Shown here piece after piece: positions 58,531-64,000 of a DNA stretch of 64,000 nt. How positions within the stretch are numbered: the first letter of the stretch is position 1; the number at the start of each line of letters is the position of its first letter. The position numbers were made by a program, and so were the translations under genes. The notes under the pieces are model-generated. The model was not told where the DNA came from and made no database searches. It saw only the letters and a program-made list of their open reading frames with translations. The stretch lies in contig DAOWHA010000038.1 of the NCBI GenBank assembly GCA_030641665.1, positions 23,857 through 87,856 of the forward strand, in the 5' to 3' direction. Source of the stretch: a bacterium (lineage in GTDB: Bacteria > Patescibacteriota > Patescibacteriia > JAACEG01).

Positions 58531-58656
58531 TTTTCTGGCAGTCCGCCGACTATTCGCTTAACTTCAAGGCTAACGACGACAAGCTCAACTTCGACAACAC
58601 GGACAACTTGGCCAATGCCAACGACAACTATTCTAGCGGTCTCTTGTTTCTCGGGT
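58531..58656 (+). repeat. DGR template repeat (TR)
   Basis: Intergenic copy rich in AAC codons (NFKANDDKLNFDNTDNLANANDNY in frame); it carries adenine at every VR/TR mismatch site. Confidence 0.85.
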
Positions 58657-58720
58657 TGTGTCTAAATGTAATAAAGGCCTCATTATAGAGGTCTTTATTC
58701 GTTATTATCTTTGAGGTAAT

Positions 58721-59071
58721 TTAGTTAAGCGAGCGTTGCCAGCCGCCTAACATTCTGCCAATTTCTTGAATCTGCTTTTGTAATTCGAGATATTTTTTAC
58801 TATCAATAATATTCAAGTCTTTTAGCAGTCTAATAAACAGTTTTAGGGTATCAAATTTAGCATTAGCTTTCTTAATTAAAGCCAACTTTTCATCTCTGTA
58901 AGCGCAACTGGTCTCCAACAATAGTTCAAGCGTAACAATAATATACATTTCGCACTTAGCCCCTAAAGTATGTTTATCTTTTTTAGGAAATAAAGCAGAG
59001 TATTTATAAAAAAGTTTATACAGTTCATATAATTTTTTAATTATTGGAATATCTGTATTTTTATGATCCAT
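58721..59071 (-). CDS. Avd-like accessory variability determinant (four-helix-bundle protein, TIGR02436-like)
   Basis: 116-aa helical protein (YELYKLFYKYSALFPKKDKHTLGAKCEMYIIVTLELLLETS...GGW) resembling four-helix-bundle/Avd proteins found beside DGR reverse transcriptases. Opposite strand, overlapping the RT start by 9 nt. Confidence 0.6.
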   Translation of the reverse strand: MDHKNTDIPIIKKLYELYKLFYKYSALFPKKDKHTLGAKCEMYIIVTLELLLETSCAYRDEKLALIKKANAKFDTLKLFIRLLKDLNIIDSKKYLELQKQIQEIGRMLGGWQRSLN

Positions 59072-60124
59072 AATATTTATGATAAATTAATTAGTTTGGA
59101 AAATATTTTAATTTGCTGGAATGAATTCAAAAAAGGCAAATCAAAAAAATATGACATGATGGAATTTGAGCGTTATTTGGAAGATAATATTTTTGAGCTT
59201 CATAACGAATTAGTTAATCAAACTTATCAGCACTGCCCTTATGTAAAATTCCATATCTATGATCCAAAGCATAGAATAATCCATAAAGCCGAAGTTAAAG
59301 ACAGAATAGTTCATCACATTGTTTTTAAGGAATTATATAGAATTTTTAATCCAACTTTTATATATCATTCGTATTCGTCCAGAAATAATAAGGGTACTCA
59401 TTTGGCTGTTAGGAATTTATCCCGTACATTACGGAAAGTTAGCAATAACTACACAAAGCAGGTTTATGTATTGAAATGCGATATTAAAAAATTTTTTCAT
59501 AGCGTATCTCACCAAAAACTTTTTGAAATAATAAAAAATAAGATTAACGACCATAAATTTTTGTGGCTAGTATGGCAAATTATATCAAGTTTTTTCATAA
59601 TTGCGGAAAACTTTCCGCAGAGAGAGTTAAAGAAAAATTTTTTAGAAAAAAGAGGTTTACCAATAGGTAATTTAACCTCACAAATTTTTGCTAATATATT
59701 TTTGGATAAATTCGACTGGTTCATTAAAAAGCAATTAAGAATAAAATATTATTTTAGATATGCTGACGATTTTGTGATTATTAATTCAAACCCGGAATAT
59801 CTTAATAATATTGTTAACTTAATAGAGGAATTTTTAAATACAAAACTTAATTTAAAATTACATCCTCAGAAAACAGAAATTAGAAAATTCGAACAGGGTG
59901 TTGATTTTCTCGGATATGTTATTTTACCTCATTATATAACACTTCGGACAAAAACCAAAAAGAGGGTGTTTAAAAAAATTAAAGATAATAAAGAAAAATT
60001 GGATCAAAATTTGATATCTAAAAATTCTTTTAATCAATCGCTTCAGTCGTATTACGGAATATTTATGCGCTGTAATAGCTATAAATTAAAACGAGAACTT
60101 GATAAGTTTATTAAAGATTTTTAG
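59063..60124 (+). CDS. DGR reverse transcriptase
   Basis: RT motifs: domain 4 PIGNLTSQ (DGR-type [ILV]GxxxSQ), domain 5 RYADDFVII (YxDD); 353 aa; no maturase or endonuclease domain; adjacent to TR/VR. Confidence 0.8.
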   Translation: MIHNIYDKLISLENILICWNEFKKGKSKKYDMMEFERYLEDNIFELHNELVNQTYQHCPYVKFHIYDPKHRIIHKAEVKDRIVHHIVFKELYRIFNPTFIYHSYSSRNNKGTHLAVRNLSRTLRKVSNNYTKQVYVLKCDIKKFFHSVSHQKLFEIIKNKINDHKFLWLVWQIISSFFIIAENFPQRELKKNFLEKRGLPIGNLTSQIFANIFLDKFDWFIKKQLRIKYYFRYADDFVIINSNPEYLNNIVNLIEEFLNTKLNLKLHPQKTEIRKFEQGVDFLGYVILPHYITLRTKTKKRVFKKIKDNKEKLDQNLISKNSFNQSLQSYYGIFMRCNSYKLKRELDKFIKDF

Positions 60125-60278
60125 TTTTGGCTTAAAATTTCAAGTCATTCTTTCGCGATATAGAATTATAATTCCTTTACAAATCGGTTTAGAATAGATA
60201 AGATACAATCAGTTAAAACATTTTATTTTTTTACAATTTAATATCAAAAATTTAAATTGGGCGAAAAGGAGGAAAAAA

Positions 60279-60527
60279 ATGAAAAATTTTTCGAAAAAAT
60301 ATTTTCAAAATTTAATAACACAAAGACCTAATTGGTGTCGTAGTACCACATTATTAATTCTGGCGATATTTTTAGTTTTATTATTTATCAAAGATGTTGC
60401 GTGGGTTACAGAGAATGTAAAAAAAATATCCGTGATAAGCATCAGTTTTATTGTTTCATTATTTATAATAGCCCGGGTTGTTGATTTTTTCAGTTTTTTT
60501 CAAAATCAAACTAAAAAGGGCAATTAA
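60279..60527 (+). CDS. Hypothetical small membrane protein
   Basis: SD AAAAGGAGGAAAAAAATG; two TM segments. Confidence 0.35.
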   Translation: MKNFSKKYFQNLITQRPNWCRSTTLLILAIFLVLLFIKDVAWVTENVKKISVISISFIVSLFIIARVVDFFSFFQNQTKKGN

Positions 60528-60596
60528 AGTTTCAAGAGCGAGAGAAAACCAAAGCCCAACTCTCGCTCCTCAATCCAAATTTTTGATGAAAATTAT

Positions 60597-60739
60597 TGTC
60601 TTTGCGAGGAGCCGAATGAGCGAAGCGAGAGAGGTGCGACGAAGCAATCTGATTAATTACGCAAAAAAATTTATAATCATAGATTTGTTCACTTAGTAAT
60701 GAGATTGCTTCGCTCCGTTGCACTACGCTCGCAAAGACA
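60597..60739. mobile_element. MITE-like repeat family A, copy A7 (degenerate right TIR)
   Basis: Left TIR TGTCTTTGCGAGGAGCC; GACGAAGCAATCTG...GAGATTGCTTCG inverted pair; right end CGCTCGCAAAGACA. Confidence 0.65.
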
Positions 60740-60806
60740 AGAATAGAAATAGAAAGCCCGCTCGCAAAGGCAAAAAAATCAAAGTATTATTATAATTTTA
60801 TATTTT

Positions 60807-63587
60807 ATGAAATTTTTTAACAAAATTTTCGGGGATCCGAATAAAAAAATAATAGATAAATTAAAGCCGATTGTTCAAGAAATAAACGATTTAGAATCTG
60901 AATTTGAAAAATTGACAGACAGCGGATTAAAAGAGAAGACAAGAGAGTGGCAAAAAATGATAAAACAGGCGAATAATAGAGAAGCAGAAGAAAAAGTAAT
61001 AGAAAAAATTCTGCCACAAGCATTCGCTTTAGTTAGAGAGGGCGCGAAAAGAACTTTAAATCAGCGGCATTTTGACTGCCAGTTAATGGGCGGCATAATT
61101 TTGCATCGCGGCGAAATTTCTGAAATGAGAACTGGCGAAGGAAAAACGCTCACGGCAACGCTGCCTATTTACCTTAACGCTTTAAGCGGAAGGGGGGTGC
61201 ATGTGATCACGGTTAATGATTATCTTTCAAGAAGAGACGCTATCTGGATGGGGCAGATATATGACCTGCTTGGACTTTCAATTTCTTGCATTGTTCATGA
61301 TGAAGCGTTTATTTATCAGAATCCAAAAAACGGATTAGATGAAAAAAGGGACATTGGCATAGAAATTATCGATGATTTTTTAGGCAAAACAACGAGGAAA
61401 GAAGCGTATCAAGCGGATATTATTTACGGAACCAACAACGAATTCGGTTTTGATTATTTGCGCGGCAATATGGTTCAAAACAGAGATCAGGCGGCGCAAG
61501 GCGAATTGAATTATGCTGTTATTGATGAGATTGACAGCATTTTAATAGATGAAGCAAGGACGCCGCTGATAATTTCAGCGCCAGCGCGCGAATCAACTGA
61601 TAAATATTATAAATTTACGGCTTTGGTTAAAAAATTAAGCGAGAACGAAGATTATAATATTGATGAAAAAATGCGCGCGGCTACTTTATCAGAGCAAGGA
61701 ATAGAAAAGATGGAAAAATGGCTTGGCGTGGAAAATATTTATACGGCTGGCGGAATTCGCGATGTTCATCATATAGAACAGGCGCTGCGGGCAAGAGCGC
61801 TGTTTAAAAGAGATCGCGATTATGTGGTTAAAGACGGCGAGGTTGTTATTGTCGATGAATTTACCGGTCGCATGCTTTTCGGACGCCGCTACTCAGAGGG
61901 GCTGCATCAAGCCATTGAAGCAAAAGAAGGATTGAAAATACAGCAGGAAAGCATTACTTTAGCAACAGTCACCTTTCAGAATTATTTTCGGATATACAAT
62001 AAATTGAGCGGAATGACAGGCACAGCAATTACAGAAGCGGAAGAATTTTCTAAAATTTACAGATTGGATGTGACGGTTATTCCGACCAACAAGCAGATGA
62101 TCAGGAAAGATATGCCTGACAGGATTTATAAAAACGAGAATGGCAAATTTAAAGCTATCGCGGAAGAGATTAAAGAACGGAACCGAAATGGGCAGCCTAT
62201 TTTAGTAGGCACGATATCAATTGAAAAAAATGAGCTGCTGGGCAGAATGCTTGACAGAGAAGGCGTTAAATATGAATTATTGAACGCTAAAAATCACGAA
62301 AGAGAAGCTAAAATTGTAGCAAACGCAGGAAAGGTTGGAGCGGTTACAGTTGCGACAAATATGGCTGGACGCGGAGTAGATATTGTTTTGGGCGGAGCAA
62401 AAGAAAATTTTAACAGCGACGAAGAATGGCAGAAAGAATATGAGAAGGTAATCTCCGCAGGCGGGCTGTATATTTTAGGCACAGAAAGGCATGAGTCAAG
62501 GCGGATTGACAACCAGCTTCGCGGAAGATCCGGACGGCAAGGCGACGCAGGCGAGAGCAGATTTTTTGTTTCTATGGAGGATGATTTGATGAGGATTTTC
62601 GGCGGTGAAAGAATGAAAGGGATAATGGAGCGGTTTAATTTTCCAGAAGATATGCCGATTGAAAACGCGCTTATTTCACGCTCTATTGAGCAGGCGCAAA
62701 AAAAAGTTGAAGGGAATAATTTTGACATCAGAAAGCATTTAGTTGAATATGATGATGTGATAAATAAGCACAGAGAGACAATATACGCAAAACGGAAAGA
62801 TATATTAAACAAAGTCAAAAGTCAAAAGTCAAAAGTCAAACGAGGTTTATCTGATGTTGTCTTAGAGATGGTCGGCAATGAAATTGAACAGGTTGCGATG
62901 TTTCATACGGCTGGCGATGATTTTAAAAAATGGGATTTAAAAGAGATATATGAAACTGTTAATACTATTTTTCCTCTTCCACAGGACAAAAGATTAAAAG
63001 CGGAAGATATTCCTATTCGCGAAAATAGCAGCAATCAAAAAGTTGAGTTGCGTTCTAAAATAATAGATTATTTAATTAAATTGGCTAAAAACGAATACGG
63101 CAAACTTGAACAAAAAATTAATTCAGCAGGAATAGATTTTATTCAGGTTGAAAAAGAGGTTATTTTGCGCTCAATTGATAATTTATGGATTGAGCATTTG
63201 GGCGCCATGGATCATTTGCGGACAGGAATAGGACTTCGCGGCTACGGGCAGCAAGACCCTTTGGTGGAATACAAAAAAGAAGCCTACCGCCTTTTTACTG
63301 AATTGATGAATTTAATCCAGAAACAGGTTGTCTATACAATTTATAAAATCGGATTAACCCAAAATTTTGCTCCAGCAATAATGGAAGCTGAAAATACTCA
63401 AATTTCTAATGTAAGCAGCACTGGCATAATCGCCAGCGAAGCGCAAAAGCAAGAAAATCAAAATAGTATTTCTAATAAAACAGTAAGTCAAAATGGCAAA
63501 AAAGTGGGGCGCAACGATCCTTGCCCGTGCGGAGCGAAAAAAGCGGACGGCTCTCCAAAAAAATACAAGCATTGCTGCGGCAGATAG
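60807..63587 (+). CDS. secA: Preprotein translocase ATPase SecA
   Basis: DEAD-like motor motifs (GEGKTL, DEIDSILIDEARTPLIIS), C-terminal Zn-binding CPCGAKK...HCCG. Confidence 0.95.
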   Translation: MKFFNKIFGDPNKKIIDKLKPIVQEINDLESEFEKLTDSGLKEKTREWQKMIKQANNREAEEKVIEKILPQAFALVREGAKRTLNQRHFDCQLMGGIILHRGEISEMRTGEGKTLTATLPIYLNALSGRGVHVITVNDYLSRRDAIWMGQIYDLLGLSISCIVHDEAFIYQNPKNGLDEKRDIGIEIIDDFLGKTTRKEAYQADIIYGTNNEFGFDYLRGNMVQNRDQAAQGELNYAVIDEIDSILIDEARTPLIISAPARESTDKYYKFTALVKKLSENEDYNIDEKMRAATLSEQGIEKMEKWLGVENIYTAGGIRDVHHIEQALRARALFKRDRDYVVKDGEVVIVDEFTGRMLFGRRYSEGLHQAIEAKEGLKIQQESITLATVTFQNYFRIYNKLSGMTGTAITEAEEFSKIYRLDVTVIPTNKQMIRKDMPDRIYKNENGKFKAIAEEIKERNRNGQPILVGTISIEKNELLGRMLDREGVKYELLNAKNHEREAKIVANAGKVGAVTVATNMAGRGVDIVLGGAKENFNSDEEWQKEYEKVISAGGLYILGTERHESRRIDNQLRGRSGRQGDAGESRFFVSMEDDLMRIFGGERMKGIMERFNFPEDMPIENALISRSIEQAQKKVEGNNFDIRKHLVEYDDVINKHRETIYAKRKDILNKVKSQKSKVKRGLSDVVLEMVGNEIEQVAMFHTAGDDFKKWDLKEIYETVNTIFPLPQDKRLKAEDIPIRENSSNQKVELRSKIIDYLIKLAKNEYGKLEQKINSAGIDFIQVEKEVILRSIDNLWIEHLGAMDHLRTGIGLRGYGQQDPLVEYKKEAYRLFTELMNLIQKQVVYTIYKIGLTQNFAPAIMEAENTQISNVSSTGIIASEAQKQENQNSISNKTVSQNGKKVGRNDPCPCGAKKADGSPKKYKHCCGR

Positions 63588-63905
63588 ATTAAAAAATAAA
63601 AAAAATGTAAAATTCCTTATTTCTTTAAAAATATAATTTTTAAAGTTATCCACAGTTAATTGCTTGACAACCGTATTATTTTTTATTATAAATAAATAAA
63701 AGCATATAAATTTTATATTTCGGTTAAATTTTAATATAAATCTGCTGTGCTGACTGCATTTAGAAAAAACAGCGGAGCGCTCAAAGCGCAATGATAAAAA
63801 TCACTTAAAAGAATATTGTTTGTTGAAAAATTCGACTCTTTGTGAGAGGCGAAGATTTTTTGTGTTTTAAAATAATTTTTTATAGTAGTATTAATATTAT
63901 TTTTT

Positions 63906-64000
63906 ATGAAACAACAATCTCAAAAAAGAATCTTTTTTTCTTACAATGACAAAGACGACTTGGCGGCGAAAAATGGACAAAAATATTCGACATTTTTTAA
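63906..64000 (+). CDS. Partial ORF (5' end only) of unknown function
   Basis: ATG at 63906 runs to the window end. Confidence 0.2.
   Translation, partial: MKQQSQKRIFFSYNDKDDLAAKNGQKYSTFF

Noticed and set aside
58506-58688. 60-aa ORF MVKDGKRRIFWQSADYSLNFKANDDKLNFDNTDN...
   Set aside because: This is the DGR template repeat read in frame. Its coding potential simply mirrors the VR, and there is no SD or independent gene context.
62815-62835. GTCAAAAGTCAAAAGTCAAA triplicate resembling the intergenic GTCTATAAAGTC motif
   Set aside because: Lies inside secA, encoding a KSQKSKVK linker. It is a coincidental coding repeat, not a regulatory motif.

Overview
This window is AT-rich (about 30% GC by eye), gene-dense bacterial chromosome. 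It has small intergenic spacers, many lysine-rich hypothetical proteins, and a gene content that fits a reduced-genome Candidate Phyla Radiation (Patescibacteria-like) organism with a Gram-positive-type envelope, since sortase and SipW are present. That taxon placement is an inference.

Features I could read from the sequence:
- **Housekeeping genes:**
  - Cell division and DNA: ftsA-ftsZ, ftsK, a RodZ-like gene, recA, recR, ybaB, dnaB, secA.
  - Metabolism: aroC and aroA with an HDIG-domain gene between them, malic enzyme, nrdR, nrdD and nrdG.
  - Proteases and translation: two HtrA-like proteases, yvcK, rplU, L25.
  - Transport: ABC transporters, including a GldG-like auxiliary protein.
- **Cell-surface biogenesis island (about 22.8-36.2 kb):**
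  - An archaeal/ER-type signal peptidase (SipW-like) sits beside TasA/camelysin-like proteins that share an N-terminal module.
  - A very large surface protein ending in LAATG, TM segment and RRK tail is followed by a sortase.
  - A transglutaminase-like membrane protein follows, plus a leftover sortase 3' fragment.
  - Both sides of the island carry a tandem array of tiny genes, mostly zinc-ribbon, each with the same SD sequence and the same palindromic terminator.
- **Diversity-generating retroelement, DGR (57.2-60.1 kb):** this is the most striking system. Its parts are:
  - A target gene whose last 126 bp form the variable repeat (VR).
  - A 126-bp template repeat (TR) 370 bp downstream.
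  - An Avd-like four-helix-bundle gene.
  - A 353-aa reverse transcriptase carrying the DGR-type IGxxxSQ and YADD motifs.

  The TR differs from the VR at 18 positions, and every one is an adenine in the TR. The TR is packed with AAC codons.
- **Other elements:** two MITE-like repeat families (family A 7 copies, family B 2 copies), a candidate small RNA built from tandem 137-bp hairpin units, a recurring intergenic motif GAAAGTCTATAAAGTC, a gamma-class N6A methyltransferase plus DinD-like island inserted between nrdR and nrdD, and two tRNAs whose anticodon loops look non-canonical to me.
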